From assembly GCA_001787005.1 (NCBI GenBank), contig MFUV01000004.1, forward strand, positions 911-64,910: DNA of 64,000 nt, written 5' to 3'. Source of the stretch: Candidatus Nomurabacteria bacterium RIFCSPLOWO2_01_FULL_39_18. Its GTDB lineage: Bacteria > Patescibacteriota > Minisyncoccia > Phycocordibacterales > UBA9973. This document shows positions 38,720 through 47,540 of the stretch, piece by piece. The stretch's first letter is position 1. Each line of letters starts with the position of its first letter. The position numbers were made by a program, and so were the translations under genes. The notes under the pieces are model-generated. The model did not search any database. It was given only the letters and a program-made list of their open reading frames with translations, and was not told where the DNA came from.

Positions 38720-39325
38720 TCAAGATAAGTGAAAATGTTTTTTAATTTTTTCATCTCTTAAAATACTTTCCACAGACAAAACTTCTACATACTTACCTAC
38801 CCCAAAAAAATCAGCAATAAAAATTATTTCATCTTCGCATGGATATGGATAAATCCACGCAGATTTCTGAAACTGGAAAAAATTTAACTTTTTAAGATGG
38901 TATCGAAGAGCTTCTCTTCCTTTAGTAAATCTCATAGGAATATCAAACATAACCAACCTCCATTTTCCATCCCATTTTTTCTGTGTTTTAATTTCAATAA
39001 GCTCAATATCAAAAGCTCTTAATCGGGTTTTACCTTTTGTGGTAATTTTTACTATTGTTTTTCCATCCCTATCAACAATATACTCTATAAGCTTTTGCCG
39101 TTTAACACTATTAATTGCACTTCTGATTTGACTTTCGGAATATTTTCTAGAACCTTTAAACATTTTGAAAACCTGTACGACGTTACCTATAGCTCCTGCC
39201 CCCACCACAAGCACAGGTAGTGAAGCAAGCGCAAGTACACAAAGTGCAACTGTGGCAATCTTGGCCTCTTTGGTGTCGGAACTTAAAAAATCTTTCAACC
39301 TTTGCCCATATCCCCCTTTTTCCAT
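38720..39325 (-). CDS. Winged-HTH + PaaX_C-like protein, paralogue P1 (N-terminal TM)
   Basis: Segment KKWDGKWRLVMFDIPMRFTKGREALRYHLKKLNFFQFQKSAWIYPYP, preceded by a winged-helix-like segment. Paralogues at 55669..56247 and 62672..63160. Confidence 0.45.
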   Translation of the reverse strand: MEKGGYGQRLKDFLSSDTKEAKIATVALCVLALASLPVLVVGAGAIGNVVQVFKMFKGSRKYSESQIRSAINSVKRQKLIEYIVDRDGKTIVKITTKGKTRLRAFDIELIEIKTQKKWDGKWRLVMFDIPMRFTKGREALRYHLKKLNFFQFQKSAWIYPYPCEDEIIFIADFFGVGKYVEVLSVESILRDEKIKKHFHLS

Positions 39326-39327
39326 AT

Positions 39328-39358
39328 GTGTAAGATTATAGCATATGCGGATTTCTTA
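39328..39358. repeat. Pal1-family palindrome immediately upstream of P1
   Basis: Sequence gtaagattatagcatatgcggatttcttat. It is 27/30 identical to the reverse complement of the copy at 49216-49244. Confidence 0.5.
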
Positions 39359-39504
39359 TTCTTATCCGCAACAACTAAACTACTTTTTCTCCACAGTTTT
39401 TTGTCAAATCTAGGCTGGGGATTTATATCTCCTTTTCTATCAAGCTTTCCCTAAACAACTGGAAAATTCCCTCATTTGCTTATTATACCAAAAAAGATCT
39501 AGCC

Positions 39505-40161
39505 TCATCCCCCCTTCTTCCACTCATCTATCTTTTTATGATTTCCAGAAAGCAAAACTTTCGGTACTTTGTAATTTTTACCTTTGTATTTGAGAACTTC
39601 TGGGCGAGTGTAGACTTCGCTCGTAGAAACTCTTTCTTCTTCTAGTGATTCGTATTTTCCTAAAACTCCGGGAATCTGGCGAGAAATTGAATCAATCAAA
39701 ACCATCGCTGGAAGCTCTCCGCCGGTCAGCACATAGTCTCCTATCGAGACCTCCTCAGCACGTAGTATTTTTTGCACTCTCGCATCAATACCTTCATATC
39801 TTCCAGATATTAAAATTATATCTGTGAATTTTTTTGCCGCCCCTTTGGCATATCCTGTGGTGAATTTTTTCCCAGAAGTAGAAAATAAAATAATCTTTGC
39901 CTTTTTACCAAGGGGAACCCTTGGTATTTTACTTGGTATTTTAATCTTTGAGAAAGCTTTTAAAAATAATTCAGGCCGGAGCACCATTCCAGGCCCACCG
40001 CCATACGGCCGCGCATCTACTCGCTTCTTCGGCTCGCAGAAATCCATTGGGTTGTAAAACTTGATAGAAATCTTTTTATCCTTTATCGCCCGCCCAATAA
40101 TAGACCCCTTCAAATAAGAGTCAAACATTTCTGGAAAAATTGTAATTATATGGAATTGCAT
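39505..40161 (-). CDS. trmD: tRNA (guanine37-N1)-methyltransferase
   Basis: Segments MQFHIITIFPEMF...RPYGGGPGMVL. The start is taken at the internal M of the longer ORF. Confidence 0.9.
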   Translation of the reverse strand: MQFHIITIFPEMFDSYLKGSIIGRAIKDKKISIKFYNPMDFCEPKKRVDARPYGGGPGMVLRPELFLKAFSKIKIPSKIPRVPLGKKAKIILFSTSGKKFTTGYAKGAAKKFTDIILISGRYEGIDARVQKILRAEEVSIGDYVLTGGELPAMVLIDSISRQIPGVLGKYESLEEERVSTSEVYTRPEVLKYKGKNYKVPKVLLSGNHKKIDEWKKGG

Positions 40162-40284
40162 AAATAATTCAAAAAGCAAAATATAATTTTTGAAGGGGTT
40201 TGGCAAGCGACGGCGAGCCAACTTCAGGATTTTTTAAGCTTCAAAAAATCCGTACCGAAAAAAATTGATATTTTGCTTTTTGAA

Positions 40285-40623
40285 TTAGATTCCCCTCAAG
40301 TCTTCCATCGCCTGATCCACTGTTTTAAGTGGGTTCTGAGTAGGCGAAGATTCTGATCTCTCGGGTCTCATGCTCCCTTCTGGTTCATTTATCTTCAAAT
40401 TCACCCGAGCATTATTTTTCATTCCAATAATCCGGAGTAGAGTGCGGATAGCCTTGGCGGTGTTGCCCATTCTCCCGATAATCTTGCCCATATCAGCAGG
40501 GTTTACGGTGAGAGTTATAAGGACACCCATTTCGTCGACAGTGCGATCAATCTTCACATCATTCGGATTGTCAACGAGAGCCTTCACTACATACTCCAGA
40601 AATACCTTGTCAGCGTCTTGCAT
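40285..40623 (-). CDS. KH-domain RNA-binding protein (UPF0109/YlqC-like)
   Basis: Contains GKIIGRMGNTAKAIR, a KH GXXG loop. Sits between rpsP and trmD. Confidence 0.7.
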   Translation of the reverse strand: MQDADKVFLEYVVKALVDNPNDVKIDRTVDEMGVLITLTVNPADMGKIIGRMGNTAKAIRTLLRIIGMKNNARVNLKINEPEGSMRPERSESSPTQNPLKTVDQAMEDLRGI

Positions 40624-40692
40624 ATTTTTAATAAATTAATCCTTGTAATCGTGCAGTGGTACGACAATACTGCTTGCTGTAAGTATACTTCA

Positions 40693-40708
40693 CCCCGCCA
40701 TGGCGGGG
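40693..40708. repeat. Perfect 16-bp GC palindrome ccccgccatggcgggg
   Basis: Followed by a T-tract on the plus strand. A related atggcggggcaa hairpin lies at 41575-41597. Confidence 0.4.
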
Positions 40709-40712
40709 CAAG

Positions 40713-41021
40713 TTATTTTTTAGCTTTCAATTCCTTCCTCTTTTGCGTTGGTTTCTTCTTGGGAAGCACGTTGATTTTCTTGCCTTCTATCACCCCATCG
40801 TGCACTAAGAAATTGTGCATGGTGTCTGAACACTTCGCACCTTTGCTTGTCCAATATTTTATTTTTTCATTTTCGAGTTTCTTCTCGCCAGCCTTTGGGT
40901 TGTAAGTGCCAAGAATTTCCAGAAACTTTCCGCTCTTGGTGCTGTTCTTGGAATCAGTCAAAACAACCCGGAAACTCGGGTCATTCTTTCTGCCTATTCT
41001 CTGCAGTCTTATTTTTAACAT
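40713..41021 (-). CDS. rpsP: 30S ribosomal protein S16
   Basis: N-terminus MLKIRLQRIGRKNDPSFRVV. Confidence 0.9.
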   Translation of the reverse strand: MLKIRLQRIGRKNDPSFRVVLTDSKNSTKSGKFLEILGTYNPKAGEKKLENEKIKYWTSKGAKCSDTMHNFLVHDGVIEGKKINVLPKKKPTQKRKELKAKK

Positions 41022-41156
41022 TGCTAAAAGAGTGTAACATAAATTTTATAAATTGCAATTGGAACTAAAAAAGGCGCCTCCAGAACCTTTTTTAGTCTGA
41101 CTGCGCCCTTGGTTTCGACAAAATGTTTAGGAGTCATCGAATCTCCTTGGACGTGG

Positions 41157-41564
41157 CTAGTGCCCGGTGTAGAACGTAACGTTCGCGTTGCCGTAACTGT
41201 CGGTTCCAGTCACGCGCACCATGCCGGGTTGGGGTTGATAGTGACCGTAGCCGTTATACCCGTAGCCACTACCCCAGCCTCCGCCGTATCCCCAGCCACC
41301 ATAGATAGCCGGCGGCTTTGGCCAGTTGTTCTTCGTGGCGTCGGCCGTTTCGTTAGCGACTTTCTCCGACCGCTTTGCCTCACGCTCGGCGAGTTCGCGA
41401 CAGGTTTTCTCCTTTCCCGTTGCCGCCATGCAACGGATGAAGGAGTCAACAGTGACGTTCGTCGGGGTCGCCACTTCAGCCAGTTTGGTCGCTGCCTTTT
41501 CTGCCGGTTTCTGCGCCATCGCGACCGCCGCCAACAGAACTGCCAGAACGATGAGTTTCTTCAT
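41157..41564 (-). CDS. Small secreted Gly/Tyr-rich protein in a GC-rich islet
   Basis: Signal peptide MKKLIVLAVLLAAVAMA and a GYGYGGGWGSGYGYNGYGHY repeat. Local GC is well above the genome background. Confidence 0.45.
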   Translation of the reverse strand: MKKLIVLAVLLAAVAMAQKPAEKAATKLAEVATPTNVTVDSFIRCMAATGKEKTCRELAEREAKRSEKVANETADATKNNWPKPPAIYGGWGYGGGWGSGYGYNGYGHYQPQPGMVRVTGTDSYGNANVTFYTGH

Positions 41565-41713
41565 GGAACTATCCTCGTTTCTGCCCCTTTATGGCGGGGC
41601 AAACCTATTTGAATTTTGAAGAGCTTACTACCTTTACAGTATAGCACATTTGGGGTATATTGTCAAGTAAAAAGCCCTTATAATATAAGGTTCATTTGTG
41701 CTATATTGGTTAA

Positions 41714-43723
41714 GTGCAAATGAAAAAACCATCAAACAAATTACAGGGTATTATATCTATTTCCTCTAAGGGCACGGGGTATGTGGCTATCGGAGAAGAG
41801 AAGAATAAAGGGCAGGATCCAGAAATAGACTTCAAGCACCTGAACACTGCCCTCCATGGCGACATGGTGGAGATAATTCTTCATCCGAAGGGCAGAGAGC
41901 GGCAGACTGCTGAAGTTTCAAAAATAATTTCTAGAGCCAAGATGAGCTTCACTGGAGTTTTGGAGCAAGAGCATAAAATGTTTTTTCTGAAACCGGACGA
42001 TACGAAAATGTACACCGACATTTTAATTCCAGAAAAAATGCTCCATGGAGCAAAAGCTGGTCAGAAAGTTTTCGTCGAAATAATTTCTTGGCAAGACCCC
42101 CGCAAAGCACCGGAGGGCAAGGTGGTAAAAGTTTTGGGCCGCCCTGGAGACAACAACGTAGAAATGCACGCCATAGCGATAGAGAAAGGTTTCGACGCAG
42201 AACTTCCGGATAAAGTAGAACTGGAGGCGAAGAAAATAAAACAGAGTGGCATTGGAGAAAAAGATTATGTAGGGCGCCGCGACTTCAGAGGAGTCCTTAC
42301 CTTCACCATTGACCCCTCTGATGCAAAAGATTTCGACGATGCAATATCATTCCGAGTCCTCTCCTCCTTAAATAAGGAGGGGGTTGGGGGTGGTAATGCA
42401 AAGAATCACCACCCCGCCTATGGCACCCCTCCTCAAAAAGGGGGTGAGGTCTACGAGATAGGCATCCATATCGCCGACGTGTCGCACTATGTGAAGGTAG
42501 GAAGCGAGCTCGACCAAGAGGCGCGGGAGCGCGGAACATCAGTCTACCTAGTGGACAGGACGATACCCATGTTACCGGAAATACTTTCAAATGATCTGTG
42601 CTCTCTGGTCCCCCACAAAGACAGGCTCACCATGAGCGCAGTTTTTGTTATAGATAAAAATGCTAGAGTCGTGAATGAATGGTACGGTCGCACGGTTATA
42701 CATTCTAAAAAAAGATTCACTTACGAAGAAGCAGGAGAATCAATTAAAAAACCGAGTGCGCTATTCCATAAAGAATTATCTATTCTAAATAATCTAGCAA
42801 AGAAATTAACCAAGGAGAGGTTTAGGGAGGGCGCCATATCGCTCGACCAGGAGGAAGTCAAATTCGTACTGAATAAAAACGGCACGCCGCTCAAAGTAAT
42901 CAAAAAGGAGCGAGGCGATTCAAACAGACTGATTGAAGAGTTTATGCTTTTAGCGAATAAAAAAGTGGCTAGGGTCCTCTCGCCAAAAGACAAAAGTAAT
43001 AAAGAGGGGGTATCTATCTATCGCGTGCATGATCTGCCCAGCAAGGAAAAGATGATTGACTTGGCGTTTTTCTTGCGAAGTTTGGGGCATAAGGTGTCTC
43101 TGCGAGAAGGTATAATTCCTACGTATGAAATAAATAAATTATTGGAGAGTTTGGCTGGGAAGAATGAAGCCGATACAGTGCATCGAGCCGTAATCAGGTC
43201 TATGGCAAAGGCAATTTATTCTACGAAAAATATCGGGCACTATGGGCTCGCCTTTGCGTACTACACCCATTTCACTTCTCCGATCAGGCGCTATCCAGAC
43301 ATCATGGTGCATAGATTGCTTGCAAACTTTTTAGCTGGCAAAAAGATAGGTAGGGAAAAATTGCACGAGTATGAAAAAATAGCTAGGATTTCTTCTGAAC
43401 AAGAGAAGCGCGCGACAGACGCGGAAAGAGCTTCGATAAAATATAAACAAGTAGAATACATGTCTCTCCGGAAGGGAGAAAAATTCGAAGGAATCATCAG
43501 TGGGATAACCGAGTGGGGCTTGTATGTGGAAGAAATTGAGACAAAATGCGAGGGGATGGTGCGGGTAAAAGATATGACCGATGACTTTTATGTATTTAAT
43601 GAAAAGAAGCTGGAAATGGTCGGACAAAAAAAGAAAAAGAAGTATCGATTCGGCGATCGAGTTCTAATAAAAGTCAAAGGGGTTGATTTAGAACGAAAAA
43701 CAATAGATTATATTTTAATATAA
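41714..43723 (+). CDS. rnr: Ribonuclease R (RNB family) with an in-frame GC-rich insertion
   Basis: RNB motif RRDFRGVLTFTIDPSDAKDFDDA, a cold-shock domain and a C-terminal S1 domain. The extra peptide SSLNKEGVGGGNAKNHHPAYGTPPQKGG is encoded by 42357-42449. Confidence 0.9.
   Translation: MQMKKPSNKLQGIISISSKGTGYVAIGEEKNKGQDPEIDFKHLNTALHGDMVEIILHPKGRERQTAEVSKIISRAKMSFTGVLEQEHKMFFLKPDDTKMYTDILIPEKMLHGAKAGQKVFVEIISWQDPRKAPEGKVVKVLGRPGDNNVEMHAIAIEKGFDAELPDKVELEAKKIKQSGIGEKDYVGRRDFRGVLTFTIDPSDAKDFDDAISFRVLSSLNKEGVGGGNAKNHHPAYGTPPQKGGEVYEIGIHIADVSHYVKVGSELDQEARERGTSVYLVDRTIPMLPEILSNDLCSLVPHKDRLTMSAVFVIDKNARVVNEWYGRTVIHSKKRFTYEEAGESIKKPSALFHKELSILNNLAKKLTKERFREGAISLDQEEVKFVLNKNGTPLKVIKKERGDSNRLIEEFMLLANKKVARVLSPKDKSNKEGVSIYRVHDLPSKEKMIDLAFFLRSLGHKVSLREGIIPTYEINKLLESLAGKNEADTVHRAVIRSMAKAIYSTKNIGHYGLAFAYYTHFTSPIRRYPDIMVHRLLANFLAGKKIGREKLHEYEKIARISSEQEKRATDAERASIKYKQVEYMSLRKGEKFEGIISGITEWGLYVEEIETKCEGMVRVKDMTDDFYVFNEKKLEMVGQKKKKKYRFGDRVLIKVKGVDLERKTIDYILI
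42357..42449. repeat. GC-rich palindromic element (RPE-like), copy B, in-frame in rnr
   Basis: Hairpins ctcctcc-ttaaataa-ggagggg and caccccTcctcaaaaaGggggtg. Confidence 0.5.
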
Positions 43724-45702
43724 TGGAGGATTTAAAAGGAAAAAACTTTTCAAAAATAAAAGCATTCGGCTGGACGATTGTCTCTGTAACTTTGGGTATA
43801 TCGCTCGCGTCTATTGCTTTGTCATTTTTTGAGAATAATATAGATAAAATTTCAAACGAAGGAGGCAGGGCCTTGGCTGTGGAATCTATAATAAAGAATG
43901 AAAAACCTAAATATTTTTATATTAACCAAAATTCCTACGTAGAACCCAAGGTCTCGGCAAAAGCTTACTTGGTTGGCGATTTAAATACCGGTGAAGTAAT
44001 CTTGGCAAAGAATCAAGACCAGAAACTGCCAATCGCTTCAGTATCGAAGCTAATGACCGCGTATGTGGCAAAAGAAATAGTAAAAGGAGACGAAGAAGCC
44101 AAAGCCAGCCAGAGAGCGCTCTTGACCTATGGGGGTAATGGAGGGTTCCGCGTTGGAGAAAAAATAAAAATATCTGATCTTCTCTATCCCCTGCTTTTGG
44201 AGTCTAGCAATGACGCGGCAGAGATAATCGCGGAATATTTCGAACGGGACAGTTTCATCAGAAAGATGAACCAGGAAGCGGAAAATTTGAATATGTCTTC
44301 GACTTTTTTCGAAGACCCAAGTGGGCTCTCCGAAAACAATCAATCCACCCCGGCAGACTTATTTAAATTCACCGGATTTATAAAACAAGCAACGCCAGAA
44401 CTGCTCCAAATCACCACCAAAAGAAATTATTCCACCAAGAAACACAGCTGGCCAAGCACCAACCAATTTTTGCATGATTCCGGATATATGGGCGGTAAAA
44501 GCGGCTACACCGACCCTGCCCTGCAAACTGTCGTTTCTCTTTTCTCCTTGCCCCTTTCAGAATCAAGCACCAGACCTATCGGGATAGTGCTCCTTCGTAG
44601 TTTGGACCGGCGCAAGGATGTGGAAACTATTCTGAAATATTTGAAAAAAAATGTGTATTACGGAGGAGAGGCGGACGCGAGCACCGACTGGGTGAGAGAG
44701 AAGGTCGGGGCGCCCGACATTCGAGAGCCAGATTATGTGACGATGACTTTCGGGGGTGATATAATGCTCGACCGCGGAGTGAAAAATTCAGTGATAAAAA
44801 ATTTCAACAATGACTACTCTGCGCTCTTTGGCGAGCTAGAGATGCTGAAAGATTCAGACATCGTTTTTGCAAACCTAGAGGGCACAGCATCGGACGTGGG
44901 TACTGACATGCACAATTTATATTCTTTCCATATGGACCCGGCTGTCATCCCCGCTCTTTCTGGCGCGGGAATAAATATCTTATCGGTTGCCAACAATCAT
45001 ATGGGGGACTGGGGACGCGCTTCATATGAAGATACTCTCTCTCGTTTACGGGAAAATGAAATATTCTATACAGGAGGAGGAATAAATAGAGAAGAAGCCG
45101 AACGGCCGACCATTATTGAAAAATACGGAATGAAAATAGGATTCTTGGGGTTCTCGGACGTAGGTCCGAACTTCATGAAAGCGGGTGAAGACCAGGCAGG
45201 ATTACTCCTCGCCAGCAATCCACGCTTCGAAGAAATAATAAAAAATGCTTCTTCAAAGGTGGACTATTTAGTGATTTCATTCCATTTCGGTGAAGAGTAT
45301 CAGGCAAAGCATAATACGCGACAGGAAGAATTAGCGCACAAAGCTGTGGACAACGGAGCGAAACTCATCATCGGAAGTCATCCCCATGTAGTGGAAGACA
45401 CTGAAGTTTATATCCCAAAAGATTGCACTCAAAGTTCGTGCGTAGGCTATATCGCCTATTCACTAGGGAACTTTATCTTCGACCAAACATTTAGATCTGA
45501 CACCATGCAAGGCATGCTCCTCAATGTCAGGCTCAGCAATAATGGACAAATGACGGTGAGAAAAGATACGGTAAAATTAAATTCCGCTTTCCAGCCGAAT
45601 CAGATAATCAAAGGCAAAGAGGAGAAAATAAATTTTCAGGAGCATACGGAGGCGAGCATACGGAGGCGTTGCCTCCGTAGTTTCGTAGTTTGCAAGCCTT
45701 AA
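43723..45702 (+). CDS. Fusion of a D-Ala-D-Ala carboxypeptidase (peptidase S11) and a CapA/PGA_cap metallophosphatase
   Basis: N-terminal TM helix. SxxK active site ASVSKLMT in the N-terminal half. Motifs DYVTMTFGGDIMLDRGV and VFANLEG in the C-terminal half. The last ~19 residues are encoded by a REP-like hairpin. Confidence 0.65.
   Translation: MEDLKGKNFSKIKAFGWTIVSVTLGISLASIALSFFENNIDKISNEGGRALAVESIIKNEKPKYFYINQNSYVEPKVSAKAYLVGDLNTGEVILAKNQDQKLPIASVSKLMTAYVAKEIVKGDEEAKASQRALLTYGGNGGFRVGEKIKISDLLYPLLLESSNDAAEIIAEYFERDSFIRKMNQEAENLNMSSTFFEDPSGLSENNQSTPADLFKFTGFIKQATPELLQITTKRNYSTKKHSWPSTNQFLHDSGYMGGKSGYTDPALQTVVSLFSLPLSESSTRPIGIVLLRSLDRRKDVETILKYLKKNVYYGGEADASTDWVREKVGAPDIREPDYVTMTFGGDIMLDRGVKNSVIKNFNNDYSALFGELEMLKDSDIVFANLEGTASDVGTDMHNLYSFHMDPAVIPALSGAGINILSVANNHMGDWGRASYEDTLSRLRENEIFYTGGGINREEAERPTIIEKYGMKIGFLGFSDVGPNFMKAGEDQAGLLLASNPRFEEIIKNASSKVDYLVISFHFGEEYQAKHNTRQEELAHKAVDNGAKLIIGSHPHVVEDTEVYIPKDCTQSSCVGYIAYSLGNFIFDQTFRSDTMQGMLLNVRLSNNGQMTVRKDTVKLNSAFQPNQIIKGKEEKINFQEHTEASIRRRCLRSFVVCKP
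45642..45690. repeat. REP-like hairpin R1
   Basis: Sequence gcatacggaggcgagcatacggaggcgttgcctccgtag. The core palindrome is ACGGAGGCGTTGCCTCCGT, with a tandem half-duplication. Confidence 0.55.
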
Positions 45703-46061
45703 GCGTTTACAGGCAAAGCTACCTCTTCTATATAACTTTCGCAAATTGGAGTAATATGTTCAGAGATCATTGTTGCCCATTCTTCGCTAGAGTATTTTGA
45801 TTGGATCATTTTGAAAAGATCATCAATTTTTTTATCTTCCATCATCTTTGAAGCTTGCTCAGTCTCAGTTGTATTTAATTTTTCCTTTGAAACACCAATG
45901 AGTGTAAGGATAACCACCGCTGAAAAATCCAGATACATTTGATTTATCCCATCTTCGCTCAATCCTCGTTTTTCAAATATTTTTTTAAAAAAATCTTTCA
46001 TAATATTTTTAATATTCAGTCTTTTGATGTAAAATGTTCGACCCTCTCGCGCATTAACCAA
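45699..46061 (-). CDS. Hypothetical protein, possible cargo of the REP-bounded region
   Basis: 120-aa ORF. An alternative start lies at MKDFFKK. Confidence 0.3.
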   Translation of the reverse strand: MVNAREGRTFYIKRLNIKNIMKDFFKKIFEKRGLSEDGINQMYLDFSAVVILTLIGVSKEKLNTTETEQASKMMEDKKIDDLFKMIQSKYSSEEWATMISEHITPICESYIEEVALPVNA

Positions 46062-46743
46062 CTTTTTCTAATTTTTCTTCTCGTTCAAATTTTTCTCTAT
46101 ATGATATCTTTAGTGAAACTAAACGAAGGAACTCTCTTGCTGCTTCCGGATCTTCGTCAAACCTTTCCATCACAGCACTCACGGATCGATCAACAACCGA
46201 TTCATCAAAATTTTCTAACTGGTCCGGTCTGGTCCGGCTAACTTCCTTTCTGGCATCTTTAGTTTCATAATCAGTTCCTTCCTTCTTTACAATCTCCCAT
46301 CTAACACTATTTACAATACCTTTTACTCTTTTCGGTTCTTTCTCGTATCTGTTATTCATTTTTTGAGCCTCTCTACGGTCTTCTTCTTCCCTAATTTCTT
46401 CTTTTTTTTCTGGAGAAACCCCCTTCTTTATGCCAAAACGCATCGCATAATTTGTGCCAACCACAAGAGCCCCTGCTCCAACATAAGCCAGAGATTGTTC
46501 GAAATTTCCTTTTACTGCACTTTCGGCAGACTTTAACAATAAAAGAAAATTTGCCCAGCCGCTAGCTTTCATAATTGCTGTTCCGCCGTACATAAGAGCT
46601 TTGTCCTTAACTCCTTTAAGCCACTTTATATGTCTAGATCTTATCTGCTCGGCAGTTTCAACACTCGCTGTTTGTTCTTTTTTGATTATCGGTTGTGGAG
46701 ACCATTTTTCCATACAGCTTATAATACCCCCCCCCACAACCAT
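46054..46743 (-). CDS. Hypothetical charged protein, possible cargo
   Basis: 229-aa ORF with a Glu/Lys/Arg-rich C-terminal half. Confidence 0.3.
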   Translation of the reverse strand: MVVGGGIISCMEKWSPQPIIKKEQTASVETAEQIRSRHIKWLKGVKDKALMYGGTAIMKASGWANFLLLLKSAESAVKGNFEQSLAYVGAGALVVGTNYAMRFGIKKGVSPEKKEEIREEEDRREAQKMNNRYEKEPKRVKGIVNSVRWEIVKKEGTDYETKDARKEVSRTRPDQLENFDESVVDRSVSAVMERFDEDPEAAREFLRLVSLKISYREKFEREEKLEKVG

Positions 46744-46785
46744 GTCAATCCAAATGTGGATAACTCAACACCCCTCTGTTGTTTT

Positions 46786-46836
46786 TGCCTCTGTGCGACT
46801 ACGGAGGCGCGACTACGGAGGCGTTGCCTCTGTTTA
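46786..46836. repeat. REP-like hairpin R2, upstream of the RAYT gene
   Basis: Sequence ttgcctctgtgcgactacggaggcgcgactacggaggcgttgcctctgt. Confidence 0.55.
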
Positions 46837-46852
46837 TGGTTCGTGCTATATT

Positions 46853-47491
46853 ATGGACATGGCTTTAAGAAAACAATCTTTCGCTGTGGATGAATATTAT
46901 CATTTATATAATCGTGGTACTGAAAAAAGGAAAATTTTTTTAGAAAAAAGAGATTATGAACATTTTTTGTTTTTAATGTATGTCTGTAATACTACAAAAA
47001 GTATCGAATTGAGAAATATTGGCAAAACTTTTGATCGCGAAGAAACTATAATTGATATTGGTGCATATTGTTTAATGCCTAATCATTTTCATGTCCTTGT
47101 TCGTGAAAAAGTAAAAAATGGAATTTCTAAATATATGCTTAAACTAATGACTGGATATTCGATGTATTTTAATAAAAAATACAAACGAACTGGGAAATTA
47201 TATGAGGGTGTATTTAAATCAATCCATGCGAATAAGGACACATATCTAAAATATCTTTATTCGTATATTCATCTGAATCCAGCAAAATTGATAGATAAAA
47301 ATTGGAAGGAAAATAAACACAGAAACATCAAAAATTTACTAAAATATGTTTTTTCTTATAAATACTCAAGTCTAAAAGAATATATAAGCTTAAAATTTAA
47401 AATCGTAAATCCAATACCATTTCCAACTTATTTCAAAAGACCAAATGGTCATAAAGAAGAACTTTTTGAGTGGCTTAGTTTAGGTGAGTGA
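46853..47491 (+). CDS. IS200-like Y1 (HUH) transposase, REP-associated tyrosine transposase type
   Basis: Motif YHLYNRGTEKRKIF, the HUH motif NHFHVLV and a C-terminal YSYIHLNP. Flanked on both sides by REP-like hairpins. Confidence 0.75.
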   Translation: MDMALRKQSFAVDEYYHLYNRGTEKRKIFLEKRDYEHFLFLMYVCNTTKSIELRNIGKTFDREETIIDIGAYCLMPNHFHVLVREKVKNGISKYMLKLMTGYSMYFNKKYKRTGKLYEGVFKSIHANKDTYLKYLYSYIHLNPAKLIDKNWKENKHRNIKNLLKYVFSYKYSSLKEYISLKFKIVNPIPFPTYFKRPNGHKEELFEWLSLGE

Positions 47492-47497
47492 GTTAAT

Positions 47498-47540
47498 ACG
47501 GAAAATTACGGAGGCATTGCCTCTGTATATGCCTCTGTAT
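47498..47540. repeat. REP-like hairpin R3, downstream of the RAYT gene
   Basis: Sequence acggaaaattacggaggcattgcctctgtatatgcctctgtatat. It encodes the C-terminal YTEAYTEAMPP tail of Maf on the opposite strand. Confidence 0.55.

Noticed and set aside
41109-41612. 167-aa plus-strand ORF overlapping the GC-rich secreted-protein gene.
   Set aside because: Antisense ORF of the kind expected in GC-rich DNA. The minus-strand ORF has a signal peptide and a coherent low-complexity domain.
46601-46852. Longer RAYT ORF beginning at 46601.
   Set aside because: The extension overlaps the 3' end of the upstream minus-strand ORF and the REP hairpin. The conserved IS200-like sequence starts at the MDMALRK... 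ATG at 46853.
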